Below, piece after piece: positions 33,656-49,381 of a DNA stretch of 64,000 nt. Position 1 is the first letter of the stretch. Each line of letters begins with the position of its first letter. The notes beneath the pieces are model-generated. The model was not told the origin of the DNA, did not search any database, and saw nothing but the letters and a program-made list of their open reading frames with translations. This DNA is from the human T2T-CHM13v2.0 reference genome, Homo sapiens: the NCBI RefSeq assembly GCF_009914755.1, contig NC_060932.1; one strand, written 5' to 3'. The position numbers were made by a program, and so were the translations under genes.

Positions 33656-34160
33656 GTACGTATTTCTCTGTTTGCAACATTCAACTGTCGTACCTCAAGT
33701 GTGTCTAAGATAATTCAATTACCAGTCTCAGTATCTGGTTTCCTTTCATCCAAAACAAAAAAGGATGTGTGTAGGCTGGTTAATTTCGAAGATGAAAACC
33801 TTTTCCTCCCTGCCACATCTTAAATTAGCTCAAGTATACTACTTAAAGAGAAAGGAAAAATAAGTGTATCAATGACTAATTCTCTCAAATTGACTGGAAT
33901 CTATGTCTTTTTGGTCTGTGTGCACAGACAGGATGTGATCTTCTGGGATATCACCCTTCTTTGAATCAGAGATACGCTGTCATTTAAAAAAAAAACCTGA
34001 CACCATCCTTTTAGTGTTTAACTTTTAAAAATTATTCCGAAAGAAATGTTTTTAAAAGATAAATTTTGAAAAGCTGGCTTTTCTTTTAAAGGAAAAAGAG
34101 CTAAAGGACTAGGCTGCTATTTCTGTCACTGTAGGCAGGTCACTGCTTCTCTTTGCATCT

Positions 34161-34215
34161 CTATTTTCCCATCATGAAATGGCCTTGCCTATTTTCCCAT
34201 CATAAAATGGCCTTG
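34161..34215. repeat. 28-bp tandem duplication
   Basis: ctattttcccatcat(g/a)aaatggccttg occurs twice, with 1 mismatch. Confidence 0.9.
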
Positions 34216-34925
34216 TCAATCATCTCAGGATGTTTTGAATAAAATGGGATTGCATCCATGAAAGAATTATGGAAAGACTAAAAGAAAAAGTGGAAGTAGA
34301 ATCCAGAAGCTGGAATGGCCCTTGAAAAGCATCTAGCCTGGACCCCTGATGTAACAGTGAAGCTAGGCAGACAGCGTCAGTGCCCCTCTCAGATCCCTGA
34401 TTCTGGAAGTGGTGGCAGTGGGGCCCAGAGCCCAGATGTTCTGAATCTCCCCCGAGTACCACATGTGCTGCTGCATCATACTACATCCTGGAGAGAGGGC
34501 AATTGAAGTAAGAAAGGTTTCTTTGAAGAATGTTATTGTGCTTCCTAAGATTATTAGAAACACCCTGAGAATTGTCAGATCTATATCTAGAAGGCTTTAT
34601 GTTTTAAGGACTAGATAGCATAGATTGAATTCAACTGTAAAAACTGTACATCCTTTTTTAAAATATTGATTTTAAAGCTCTTGTTCAACGGAAAAGTTAT
34701 GGACTATTGGGTTTTAAGCAAAAGTATGCTTGCTGCAAAAACCATGTATCAGGCTGCATCTTGCCTGGTGATGTGGTCAGAATACAGGGGTGCAGGCATC
34801 TCTCCAGCCTGACCCTGGCAAGAGTCAGTTAATCTTGCTCAGTGCCATTGCTGTGATCACACACCCACCCTTGCCACACAACTACCCATGCCTAGGAGAC
34901 CAGATGAGAGGGTGAGAAGAGTTGA

Positions 34926-35186
<261 letters not shown>

Positions 35187-35425
35187 TGAGCTCCAGCTGG
35201 TGCCCAGAGCCAGCCAGCAGCTGAAGACATGGAGGCAGAATATGCCTTGCCCACAAGGATCACCCCAAGCTGAGCATTTCTCAGCTGCTTGTGAATAGCA
35301 TATTGATGGAGATGCACTCATGGTCTGTGGGAAGTGAGAGGTGTTTCTTTAAATAAGCTGTTAGCACAGATCCATTTGGAAAAACGTCCAGATGCCAAAA
35401 GTAAATATTATCATTTTGCTTTCAG

Positions 35426-35482
35426 GTTTCGAACAAACAAGAAGGCCAAAATTTGGCGTGATACATTCCTAGTGGAAAGAGG
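35426..35482 (+). CDS. SULF1: SULF1 coding exon (about exon 12; aa 397-416)
   Basis: gctttcag|GTTTCG...AGAGG|gtaatt; 57 nt; FRTNKKAKIWRDTFLVER. Confidence 0.95.
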
Positions 35483-35685
35483 GTAATTATTGGTTCCTGG
35501 GGTGCTTCTGGGAACCAGTCCTAGTGGGCAGCTTTCCCTGCTGAGTATTTTTTTTCTCCTTATTTTTGTTTACTAAGCATGCAGATTTCGTAAACCTAGT
35601 CACAAGATTGAATGGTTTGCTGCTTATTCTGTAGTGGTCAATAGAGTAATAATTGCTGGATCAGAATTGTAAAGAATAACCCTCA

Positions 35686-35960
35686 AGTTGGTTAATTGGT
35701 ACAAAAACACAGTTAGATAGAAGTTATAGAATTTGATAGTATAGTTGGGACATTATCGTTAACAATAATTTATGTATATCTTAAAATAGCTAGAAGTGAA
35801 GAATTGCAAAGTTCCCAACACAAGGAAAAGATAAATGAGATGATGAATATCCCAATTATCTTGATTTGATCATTACACATTGTAGACTGGTATCCATATA
35901 TCACACGTACCCCCAAAATATGTATAATTGTGATATATCAATTTTTAAAATACCAAAAAA
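35686..35960 (+). mobile_element. Old L1 (L1MA-type) 3' end
   Basis: GGTTAATTGGTACAAAAACACAGTTAGATAGAAG...TGATTTGATCATTACACATTGTA...ATATCAATT followed by A-rich sequence. Confidence 0.8.
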
Positions 35961-36628
35961 GCAAGAGAATGACGACTCCACATCCCCCAAAAAGAATAAA
36001 TTCTCATAAGCTTGGACCAAAGCCTTTATCATGGGTGTAGATTTACTGTTGCATTTCTCAGTGCTGGTTTCTAATCAGACCAGTGGATTGAGTTTCTCTA
36101 CCATCCTCCCCACGTTCTTCTCTAAGCTGCCTCCAAGCCTCACCCGGCACCCTTCTTCCTACTTCCTACTTCTTTTCCTTGTGTGCCTTTCCTAGTTTTA
36201 AATAGATAAATGTATGCCATTGTAATTATTTCCATTGTCACTTCTGGGTTTCCCCTTTTGGTTCATTAATGCCCATTGCCTTGTTTTTCTCTGTACATAA
36301 ATTAGGAGAGAGAAAATATTTGTATAATTTTTTTAACAAAAGGAACTTTGAGCATGTAAAATGAAACATGTATGCCCAAATTTTGAAATTAATGCTTTTG
36401 GGAAGAACGAATCTTTTCCTGACCTCTCATCTTCATCCTACCCAGTTTGTCATTTTCATAAAGGACCCATCAAATGTTGAACTCCTGTAGACAGAGCTTT
36501 AACATCTATTTCTTGCTGTTTAAAGAATGTGGAGTCATGTGACAGGGTAAAAAAAAAAGGGGGGCAGGACTCAGGGACCGTAATTCAGATCACTTCTCAT
36601 GTACGAAGCTTTTCCCTTTTTGTCGAAG

Positions 36629-36758
36629 CAAATTTCTACGTAAGAAGGAAGAATCCAGCAAGAATATCCAACAGTCAAATCACTTGCCCAAATATGAACG
36701 GGTCAAAGAACTATGCCAGCAGGCCAGGTACCAGACAGCCTGTGAACAACCGGGGCAG
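36629..36758 (+). CDS. SULF1: SULF1 coding exon (about exon 13; aa 416-459), start of the hydrophilic domain
   Basis: ttttgtcgaag|CAAATT...GGGCAG|gtgagt (AAG acceptor); 130 nt; [15 protein letters not shown]...CEQPGQ. Confidence 0.94.
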
Positions 36759-38861
36759 GTGAGTGACGCAGGCTTTCTTTACCACCACTCATGTGCTTCT
36801 CCATCTCTAATTTAGAAAATTGTCCACATATAAAAGAATGTACATTTGTGTATAAATAAGCTTTTCCTAGTGGCCTTGAGGGCAAGCTCACTGAGACACC
36901 TCTCCGCGGACAGAATTACGTAACTGGTTCAGGCTGGGCCTCCCCATTACTACTTGGGCTCCCTCCAGTTAAAAAAGATGATGATCTCAGAGAAAGTTCT
37001 ATGCCAAAAGACACTGGTTTCCTCTGAGGAGAAGATTCCTGTTATAGTCCCTGTTAACTAGTCACTGAAGAGTTGCCAAAAGGCTACTTAGTCAAAGCAC
37101 AGGTACGTGCTGAGCCTCTTGGCAGTGAACCACCCCAAGAGACATGATGGGGCCTTCACCCTAGGCTAAAGTCAGAATGTCATCTTACCCCCAGTAGAGG
37201 ACAGAGCCTGTGACCAAGCTTGAGGAATGAGAAGAGAAACCATATTCTGTTTGTTTATTGTTCCTACTTCTGCTCACAAAGATTCTGGCATCAAATATTT
37301 CATTAGAATAGATCCTCTTCGTTAGTAGAAATATTACTATAGACCCCAGAGCTACCCAGAATACCAGTTATTATCAGTAAGAATAAAAGAAATACTGTGT
37401 GATGAATTAACATTGCTTTTAAAGAAAGTGAGTACGTATGAATTTAAACCAGTTTAAAACCATTGATTTTAAATGCCCTTGATTGAAATGTATGCTAGCT
37501 AAAAGAAAATGCTGTGTCATGACAAGAGGAACTGAACTTTGGCCCAAATCATTGCAGCTGAGAACAAAATCAGAGGAAAGTGAAAAATACTAACACATAG
37601 TGAGCATTTGTCTTACATCAGGCACGGTACGCAGGATTTTGTAGCATTTACTCAATTTAATCCTCACAACTGTAGAGTGAGGTGGGCATTGGCATCTCCA
37701 TTTTACAAATGGGCAGCTGGGATTCAAACAGGAGTTGTCTGATTCAATAACTCAGGCCACTTGCTGCCTTCCAAGGTAAGTTACAATAACCAGGTGAAGA
37801 GAAGTTCAAATCTGTGAGTCTTTTTTAACTTAACTGACCTCTAGATATCCACACAATTCACCAACACCAGTTCAAGATGTCAGGCTCATGGAATGAGTAG
37901 GTAACAAAGTTATTATTAAAATGGCCTCACTCATTATACGCTTATTATATGGTATCTAGCTTGTTGAATAGACATTCCTAATAAACAACTTGATCCTTAT
38001 ACCCTGCATTTCCTCATGCTTTCTTGTACACAGGATCCCTTTGAAATAGAAGAGGATAGGGAGGGAGAGCTGTTGAAGGAAGGGCTAAAACTAAGCCTTC
38101 ACTACATTCTAGTACATCTTAATTTTCAAGTGTTTAGTGGAGAAAAGCTGAGACCTATTCATTATATTTTAATTTGAAGTCTTCAAATCTTTCTTATGAA
38201 AGCTCCAAATATTATTATGAATAAAACCTCAGAATTGTTTTGTAGCTCTAAGATGATTTTTATGAGCTAGCCTCAATAGACTAATTTACTTTTATTCAGG
38301 AGTTGCAAATGTTCAGTGTTAAATATATCTCATGCAAATTGGTGATCTTGTTACTCTTTTAGCTCTAAGAGGTGAACATTATAGCCTTTTGGGAATAAGG
38401 TACACTGCCTACATTTCAGTGTGTAATTTTACAAACCTCTCCATATGGCTTGCCCTAAAATTTTAATATATGTCCTAAAGGGCAAATGTAGCATAAACCA
38501 GATTATGGTACTTTGGCACAAGCTTTTCACTCACGAGCTGAATGCTAACTAAGTTACAAACTTAATTTTGCTTTTTCATATTTTTTGAACTTGTTTTGGC
38601 CCCATGAAATGCTTTGATATCTGGAATTTTCTTCCACTGTTTCATTTCGCTGTGAATCAGTCTGAATTTAGATCCATTATGTGGATATATGAGAACGTCA
38701 GCAATGGTCTCTTTTAGAAAGGCCTGAATTCGTGGAACAAAGAATTAGGCTATGCCCTGATGGTGATTTCTTTCTATAGAATTTCTTTATATTGGGCCTG
38801 AGTGAGCTTTAGAAGTGAAGACCTGGAGAGTATTTCAGATTGTCTCTAGCTTCAGTGTATC

Positions 38862-39056
38862 CACAGCACTAGTGAATTGTTACTCTAATCCCGAACCAGC
38901 AGGATCAGCATCCCTGAGAGTTTGTCAGAAATGCAAATTCTCTGGCTATTGCAGACCTTCTGAATCAGAACCCCTAGGGGTGAAGCCCAGCAATCTGTGT
39001 GTTAACAAGTCCTCCAGGTGACTCTGATGCTCCCTAAAGTTTGAGAAGCACTATTC
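38862..39056. mobile_element. MER5A
   Basis: CAGCAGGATCAGCATC...AGAAATGCAAATTCTC...TTAACAAGTCCTCCAGGTGACTCTGATG...AAAGTTTGAGAAGCAC. Confidence 0.82.
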
Positions 39057-39136
39057 TAACCCACGATTGTGTTTACTGGTGGCCCTCAAACCATAGCTTA
39101 GGAATCTAAGAACTTCAAGAAAATTTTGAGCCTTAA

Positions 39137-39489
<353 letters not shown>

Positions 39490-40223
39490 AGCTCTGTTGT
39501 GTTCTATCGACTTTTTATATCTTGGCCTTTTGCTCTTTCTTTCTGGCTACTTTGAAGATTATCTGTTTTTGGCGACAGTATCCCTGACTTTAAAAAAGGA
39601 AGAAGAAAATTCAGAATAATGACACTGAATTGTTCAGGTTCGAGGTGGCAGCGGAGGCTAGAACTGACCTGCTTGGAATCTGCTCTCTCTCGATGTCCCT
39701 CCTGACATGCGCCCTGCTTCCGTTCCTCTTAACAAGGTGAATGGCCTTCATTCCAAGGCAACACAGTCAGGTTTTGACACTCCATGGGGAACAAAGGGAA
39801 AATCAGCATGACTAGCCCCATTCTCTTCACTCTTAATCCCAGAGATAGTGAATGCCCCCCTCCTACCACATCTTTGTGCCAGGTCACCTAAAGGTTGTTT
39901 GGTGGAGTCAATGTGGGTGCATGAGGTAAGTCAACAGAGAAAAGAGATCCAAAGGTTGGGGTTAGAATATTGGCCGCCACCACTTTCTAGTTGTGTCTTC
40001 TCAAATAGGTCACTTACTTTCTCCTGAGTCTCAGGTTTTCTGTCTCTAAAATAGAGAAAATTAACCTCACCCTTGTGAGGATTAAGTGATATTATACATG
40101 TAATGTACTAAAGTGAGACTGAGATTTTCTCTAGTGTGCGAATATTGGGTGTTATTATTATTCCAAGCCATCTTACCTGCTGTTTTCATTCCTATGAAGC
40201 CAATTAGAATTAAAATGGGCTGA

Positions 40224-41206
<983 letters not shown>

Positions 41207-41557
41207 TAAACTCACCTGGGTGGCACTTGAAAAATGCTGATGCACCCCCCAGACCAACCAGGTTAAAAATGTCTGGAAGTGAGGCCAAGGAATCTGTATT
41301 TTTTAACGAGGTTAAGAATCACAGGCCTAGAACCAGAGAATATCAAAGTTTGAAGGAATCTTAGAAATCTTCTAAGTTGAATGGTATCATTTTTCTGATA
41401 AGGAAATTTAGGTCCAGAAAAGTTAAGCTACAAACCCAAAGCCAAAACCTGCATCTCTTCACTTCACGTTGAGTACTTTCTTCCCTGTAACATGCTGCCA
41501 CTGCAAAATTGCAAGACAGATTTTCCCTTTGAAACAATGAATGGCAATCGCCACTCA

Positions 41558-41735
41558 CGGTGGTTCTCAACCCTGACTGCACGTTAGAATCATATGGGCA
41601 GCTTTAGAGATGCTTATGTTTAAGTCCCAGCCCAGGCAAGTTAAATCAGAACCTCTGGGTATGAGACCCAGGTACCAGTGTTTTTTCCAAGCTCCCCTGA
41701 TGATTCCTATGTGCAGACAAGCTTGAGATCCACAA
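41558..41735. mobile_element. MER5B-like
   Basis: GTGGTTCTCAACCCTGACTGCACGTTAGAATCA...TTAAATCAGAACCTCTGGG...GATTCCTATGTGCAG. Confidence 0.8.
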
Positions 41736-42633
41736 ATGTCAAGTGAGCATTAATGGGTTGGTTTTTCTTCTTCTTCTAGGCATAGGTATTGACGTCTTAA
41801 ATAGGAGCTACATAAAAGAGAAATTCCCTGGGCATCCAATTTTGAAATACACTTTACATATTATCTGGCATTTAAGTGGAAAAAAGCAGCCTGCTTTGTT
41901 TTGATAGGGCAAATATCACATCCTTTTGATGAGTTGTTGAATTCCAGCATCTTTACAATTTAGTTTGCCTTTCTACTATTGGATCAATATAAAATCAAAC
42001 ATTTGTTTAAAAATCTGTGAGGACCCCTGCATCAAGCAAGCTGATGCTATTATAACGGAAATAGAATGTAGTTTGTTGAGTGGAAACTGGTTTAGCTCCA
42101 GGATGGATCTTTGTTCCTATACAAAACTTATCTCTCTGGCCGTATATCCTTCTGACCCTTTGTGACCAGCAGCAGAGCATGAATAATAAGACATTTACCA
42201 TGGAGATCCTCCTAGAATTGTTAGTTTTCCAGAAGCAGACAAACCTGTTTCCCAAAACTCACTGAACTCTGGTCAAAATGGCAGCATGGCTCATAGACAT
42301 CTTCCCCTGGCTAACCTGATTCCAGAGGGCACATCCAGAAGGATTGAGCTCCCAGTGCCATCCTTTTACTGAATTCTCCTCTGTGCATGGGTCCATTGTG
42401 GACCACTCAGCCTTTAAACCTTGCTTCCTTCCCTCTTCAACCCATGCTGAAGCTCATGTATGAACAGTTGTTCATCTAATTAAATCTTTGACTTCTGTGC
42501 ATTTGTTCTAAACAAGTCAAAAAAAGACAAACATGAGAATAGGCATTTTACTCATAAACTGTATAATACAGCCCCATTCTGCTTAATTTGTACTGTGTCT
42601 TCTTTTCCACCATTTCCTAACAGCCCATCCTAA

Positions 42634-42820
42634 TCAGGTCCTCCTCTATGTTTCTTAAATGTTACATGTGAATCCCACTTTCTCACTTGCATGGAGGTTG
42701 TTACTTCTCTCTTCTCACCTAAGGCTCAGGTCCTCCTCTATGTTTCTTAAATGTTACATGTGAATCCCACTTTCTCACTTGCATGGATGTTGTTACTTCT
42801 CTCTTCTCACCTAAGGCTCA
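42634..42820. repeat. 92-bp tandem duplication
   Basis: Copies at 42634-42725 and 42726-42817, with one mismatch (G42696/T42788). Confidence 0.95.
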
Positions 42821-42914
42821 CCTGAAGACTCATACTGCCTTCGTACCATTCTCCTTTTCATCAGTATCCTGATCAAGGTGCTTTGGGATTACATCCTGGA
42901 TATACTGCTTTCTT

Positions 42915-43090
42915 GGCATTTGCCTATGTGCAAGTTTCTTAACCTAACTCTGCCTCAGTTTCTTCATCTGTAAAATGGGCATCATATAGTTCTTGCCTCA
43001 TAGGCTGTGGTAAATGTTATATGAATTAAATGTATCAAGCATCTGGGACAATGTCTAGGACATAGAAAGCACTCAACAAATGCTGGTTGT
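42915..43090 (+). mobile_element. MIR SINE
   Basis: GCCTCAGTTTCTTCATCTGTAAAATGGG core and a 3' end GCACTCAACAAATG. Confidence 0.8.
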
Positions 43091-43666
43091 CAATCATTGG
43101 CCAAGATCAGTTTACCAATTTCATTTTCTAGGAATTACAATAATCATACATCTTCCAACATTCCAGTGTTGACTTTTACAAGGGATTATCTAGATTAAAA
43201 TCTATAACAGGTAACATTTCTCTCTCTTCTGCTTCTCCTTTTCTGTTTTCCGTCCCCCTCTCTTTCCCATCTCACACCATCTCAAAGAAAACAGGCCAGG
43301 AGATAAATCCTCCTGGCACAAGTAACACTAATTCATATTTGTGAGAGAAAATTTGACAATGACTTGAGCTAAGTAGCAGTTTGGACAAAGATGTGAATAT
43401 GGTCTTTGTATATTCCCCAGTGTTAAGATAAATATTTTAAACACATGTCCACATGCAGGTAACTTTTTTATGATGTTCATGTTGGCATGAATAATAATCA
43501 GTTTATCACAAAATTACTATACAGTTGTGACATTTCAGAGAACATGATTTGACCTGCATTATGGCCAAATCCATGTCATAAGACATATGGTAACCAAGAA
43601 CTAGTGTGTGTTTATGTATAAAATTAAGCTTTCACTGCAGTGCACCTTTGAAAAAGTTGTACACAA

Positions 43667-45170
43667 TTTTTTTAATTTTTCTTTTTATTTCAATAGTTTT
43701 CGGGATACAAGTGGTTTTTGGTTACATAGATAAATTCTTTAGTTAGATTTCTGAGATTTTAGTGCACCCATCACCCAAGCAGTGTATACTATACCCAGTT
43801 TGTAGTCTTTTATCCCTCACCTGCTTCCCAACCTTCCCCTCCAAGTCCCCAAAGTTTATTATATCATTCTTATGCCTTTGCGTCCTCATAGCTTAGCTCC
43901 CACTTGTAAGTGAGAAAATAAAATATTTGGTTTTCCATTCCTGAGTTACTTCACTTAGAATAGTGGTCTCCAGCTCCATCCAAGTTGCTGCAAAATACAC
44001 ATTATTTTGTTCCTTTTTATGCCTGAGTAGTGTTCCATGGTGTATATATACCACATTTTCTTTATGCACTTGTTGGTTGATGGGCATTTAGGCTGGGTTC
44101 CATATTTTTGTAATTGCTAATTGTGCTGCTATAAACATGCCTATGCATGTGTCCTTTTCATATAATGACTTCTTTTCTTTTGGGTAGATACCCAGTAGTA
44201 GGATTGCTGGATCGAATGGCGGTTCCATTCTTAGTTCTTTAAGGAAACTCCATACTGTTTTCTGTAATGGTTGCACTAATTTACATTCTCACCAGCAGTG
44301 CAAAAGTGTTCCTTTTTGCCACATTCACGCCAACATCTATTGTTTTGTTTTGTTTTGTTTTGACTTTTTATTATAGCCATGCTTGCAGGAATAAGGTGGT
44401 ATCTCATTGTGGTTTTAATTTGCATTTCCTTGATGAGTAGTGATGTTGAGTATTTTTTCATGCTTGTTGGCTGTTTGTGTATCTTCTTTTGAGAATTGTC
44501 TATTCATTTCTTTACCCTACATTTTGATAGAATTATTGGCTTTTTTCTTGCTGATTTGGTTGAGTTCCTTTGTAGATTCTGGATATTAGTCCTTTGTTGG
44601 ATGCATAGTTTGCAAATATTTTCTCCCACTCTGTGGGTTGTCTGTTTACTCTGCTGATTATTTCTTTTGCTGCGCAGAAGGTTTTTAGTTTAATTAGGTC
44701 TCATTCATTTATGTTTGGGTTTTTTTATATTTGCTTTTGGGGTCTTAGTTATGAGTTCTTTGCCTAAGCCAATGTCTAGAAGAGTTTTTCCAATGTTATC
44801 TTCTCAAATTTTTATAGTTTTGGGTCTTAGATTTAAGTCTTTGATCCATCTTGAGTTGATTTTTGTGTAACGTGAGAGATAGGAATCCAGTTTCATTCTT
44901 CTACATGTGGCTTGCCAGTTTTCCCAGCACCATTTATTGAATAGGGTGTCCTTACCCCAATTTATGTTTTTGTTAACTTTGTCCAAGATCAGTTGGTGGT
45001 AAGTATTTGGCTTTATTTCTGGGTTCTCTATTCTGTTCCATTCTATGTGCCTGTTTTTATGCCAGTACCATGCTGTTTTGGTAATTACAGGCTTGTAGTA
45101 TAATTAGAAGTCAGGTAATGTGATGCCTACAGATTTGGTTTTTTTTTTTTTTTTTGCTTAATATTGTTTT
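43667..45170 (-). mobile_element. 5'-truncated L1 (L1PB-like): 3' UTR plus decayed ORF2 C-terminus
   Basis: Minus-strand peptides [29 protein letters not shown] and [15 protein letters not shown] are L1 ORF2p; broken by frameshifts. Confidence 0.92.
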
Positions 45171-47880
45171 GGTGTAGCCAATTTTTGGGTTTTTTTTTTT
45201 TGTTTCTTACTCATGAAAATGGACACAAGTAGGCATAAGTAAGAACAGAGAACAACATCCTTAACCAATCTGAGAAATATTTGCAATTCAAAATGCAGAA
45301 ATTATAATGATTACTTAGTGGATACTTCAGGAAGGAAAAGCAACCAGAGGTCATCTAATATTGCACTAAGTATTTTACATGGAAAACTGTTCTATGAGAT
45401 ACATATTATGCCCATTTTAGATATGAAGAGACTGAAACTCAGATGGGAAAATAACTTGACCAAAGTCACACAGCTAGAAGAATGACAAACCTGAGTTCAA
45501 ACCAAGATCTGGGTGACTCAAAGCTTCTGTCTCTCTCACTAAATAATAATTATTTTGTACAGTTTACCACCAGAAAACATTAGCTTGCCCAGGATTGGAT
45601 AAACTTTTTAAAGGCCAATTATAGTACTGCTCTAGGTTCATATAGTACATCTTTTCCTTAGAACTTCAAAACACTCAAACAATCTATTCTCATGACTATC
45701 CATGAAGCCAGGAGGAGCAAGTATTATTTTATCGGATGTGGAATCCAGAAGAACAAAGAGATTCTGCAATTTGCTCAAAGCCATAGAGTTAGCAGCAAAA
45801 AAAAAATAATAATAAAATTAAGGTCTTTGAATCCCAACCCAATACTCATCTCCATTAAAAATGGCTACCTCTTATCAAATACACATTAGATCACATTCTT
45901 TAAGTAATAAACCATGTGTGGGTGTATGTATGTAATAATAATAATAATAGCAGCTGCTTTTGTTGAGTGCCTGCCATGTGCTGAGTTCTTACCGTGTGTT
46001 ATCGCTAATGCTCATAACTCTGCAAAGGCTAATGTGGCATAGCTTACTTGCTCAGGGCCACATAGCCATGTGATAGAGCTGGTGTTCAAATCCAGGCTTT
46101 TTGAGCTTGCAAATCCAGACTTTTTCCTTTAAGCCACACCGATGAGTAAAAAACACCATTCCGAGTCCAAGACAGAATATAGGTAATATTCACTACTACG
46201 AAATCCTATTTCAGTAAATGACTTGTGACAGCACTCTGGGTTGTAGTGAGGATTAAATGAAAAATTCATAAAGAGTGCTCTAGAGCAGTACCTGCTATCA
46301 AGCAAGAGTTAAATAAATGATCATAATCATGGTAGTCAAGATGATGATGAATGAAATTGTTTGAAATGCGTTTGACATATTTCTCATTAGATTTGATTCC
46401 ACCAAACTAGCTGCACACTATTTGTATCCTCATACCAAAATTGCCAGCCTTCTCTTCTTCATCAGGTGTTATTTATATACAGGCAGATATAATCAATCAA
46501 AAACACTAACACATAATTACCTAACCAAGTGATTCTGTGCTGAGATAACTTCTGGGAATGACTCAGGAATATGAGACATGGCCCTTGCCCTTAATTCCAA
46601 CTTCCACCATAGTTGGAAAGGCTAAAAGAAAATTATAACAACTTAAGAAATTATTTAAATAGTTTTATCTAGCACCTCACCCATAATTGCTGTGCAGAAA
46701 TATTTGTGGAATGACTGTGTGCTAAATTATTGGCACAGACTGATAAATCAGACAGAAGGAGAACGGAAATAATGTAGTTGCAGAAAACAGGAAAACAATT
46801 TGCAGAAGGAATGAACCATCAGTGAAGATGGAGACAATCGGATTTGGCAATTAACTGATTTACTGATAAACTTCAAGAGCATAGATAATAGAAAGACAGT
46901 GTGACAGCTGTGTTTCTGCAAGGGCACTTGTTGAACAAAGCTCATTTCTGAGGCTGACTCCACACATCCCATTAGCAGGTGCCTCACCTGAGCTCAGGCT
47001 TTCATCTGATTCCTGAAACTCTCCTGCAATGCAAAAAACATCCCTTCTCATTATTTTGACTATTTAAATGGCTTGCTTCATGAGTTTCAGAGCAATTCTT
47101 TTAAAAATTCTCTTTATCTGCTTCCCTCTATAAACTCTCTAAGATCACCACTTTAGTTGTAGCTATTTCAAGGTTTTATTGTGCAGTCATAAAAATTGTC
47201 ATGATATCGAGTTCTAAAATGGCTGTGGCAATGTGTGATAATTACATTTCATTAAAATTCCTAGTATGCTTGCCAGTAGGAAGATTTTCAAAGCCTCTAG
47301 TTAATTACTTTATCTAACAGGGTCTATGACTTTTTCAAAGGGTCCATGGTAGAAAAAATAATTGACATTTTTGTTCATGGCTCTTGCTTCATCCAAGTAT
47401 GTGTGTAGATATATGTATATATGTAGTATGTATGGATAATATGTTTGTATGCATGTGTGTAGACATATATGCATATATGTATGTATATTTGATTTCGTAT
47501 GATACATCATCATAGCCAAGGACAGTGCCAGACATCCAGTGTGGTTAAATTCAACTCTTCAGAAAGGAAACACCTTTTCCCTTCATCTCTATCCCATAGG
47601 AAACCAACAAAGAATTTGGCTAATGGGAAATTCAACTAGGATTCCAAATAGCCTAAGTCACTAAAACTTCTGCCTACACCTTTGTGTTCTACAGGAATCT
47701 ACTTGTACCCTCAGCTCCTCCAGGGCAAAAACAAACAAAATAGGCAGAATTCTTTGAATGCATTGTGATTATAAAAACCACAGGTTTTCACTATAGTCAT
47801 GTGCTTTAAAAATTAGTATTTGTACTAAAGTTGATATAAATTGGATCCACAAAAAGACTTTAGACCATTATTTTTCAAGA

Positions 47881-48695
<815 letters not shown>

Positions 48696-49039
48696 TAAAA
48701 TTAGCCATATTTTCCTGTCTGATAGAAGATGGAGCACCTCTTACGCTTCCACTTGGCTGTGGATTGTGAATTCACTAGCCGATTATTTTGCTTCTCTAGG
48801 CATTAAGCAGTCAACTCTTCATTTTTAAATGCTAGAGGCAGAGATCATCCAGGTAGATGGATAAGCCTTAAACCATTTGGATTTAAGACAGATATACATA
48901 CAGACAGACACTCAAATGCTACTGATTCCCAAACTTTGCAAAGTTACGAAAAGTTATTTATTTTGGCAACACTTTCCCCAGCAATAATTCTATATAGCAT
49001 ATAGTTATATGTTAATGGAGTTGTCTGTCAGTTTCTGAG

Positions 49040-49208
49040 CCCAGGCTGTAGTGCAGTAGCATGATGGCATGATCTCAGCTCACTGCAGCCCCGACCTCCT
49101 GGGCTCAAGTGATCTTCCCACCTCAGCCTCCCTCCAAGTAGCTGGGACCACAGGCATGTGCCAGCATGCTTAGATGTATATACCACAGGCATGTGCCAGC
49201 ATGCTTAG

Positions 49209-49251
<43 letters not shown>

Positions 49252-49381
49252 TTTTTTTTTTTTGGAGAGACAGGGTTTCACCATGTTGCCCAGGCTGTTC
49301 TTGAACTCCTGGGCTCAAGCAATCCACCTGCCTTGGCCTCCTAAAGTACTGGGATTGTAGGTGTGATCCACCACACCCAGC
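49040..49381 (-). mobile_element. AluJ-like element lacking its poly(A) tail, with an internal (TA)n tract and a 27-bp duplication
   Basis: Begins directly at cccaggctg; (TA)n at 49210-49248; accacaggcatgtgccagcatgcttag occurs twice. Confidence 0.85.

Noticed and set aside
37760-37782. AAG|GTAAGT as a possible recursive splice site
   Set aside because: AAG rather than YAG, short pyrimidine tract, at the edge of a MIR, and the intron is far shorter than typical recursively spliced introns
43893-44986. Minus-strand ORFs resembling a reverse-transcriptase-family protein C-terminus
   Set aside because: Frameshifted fragments of a dead, truncated L1 ORF2
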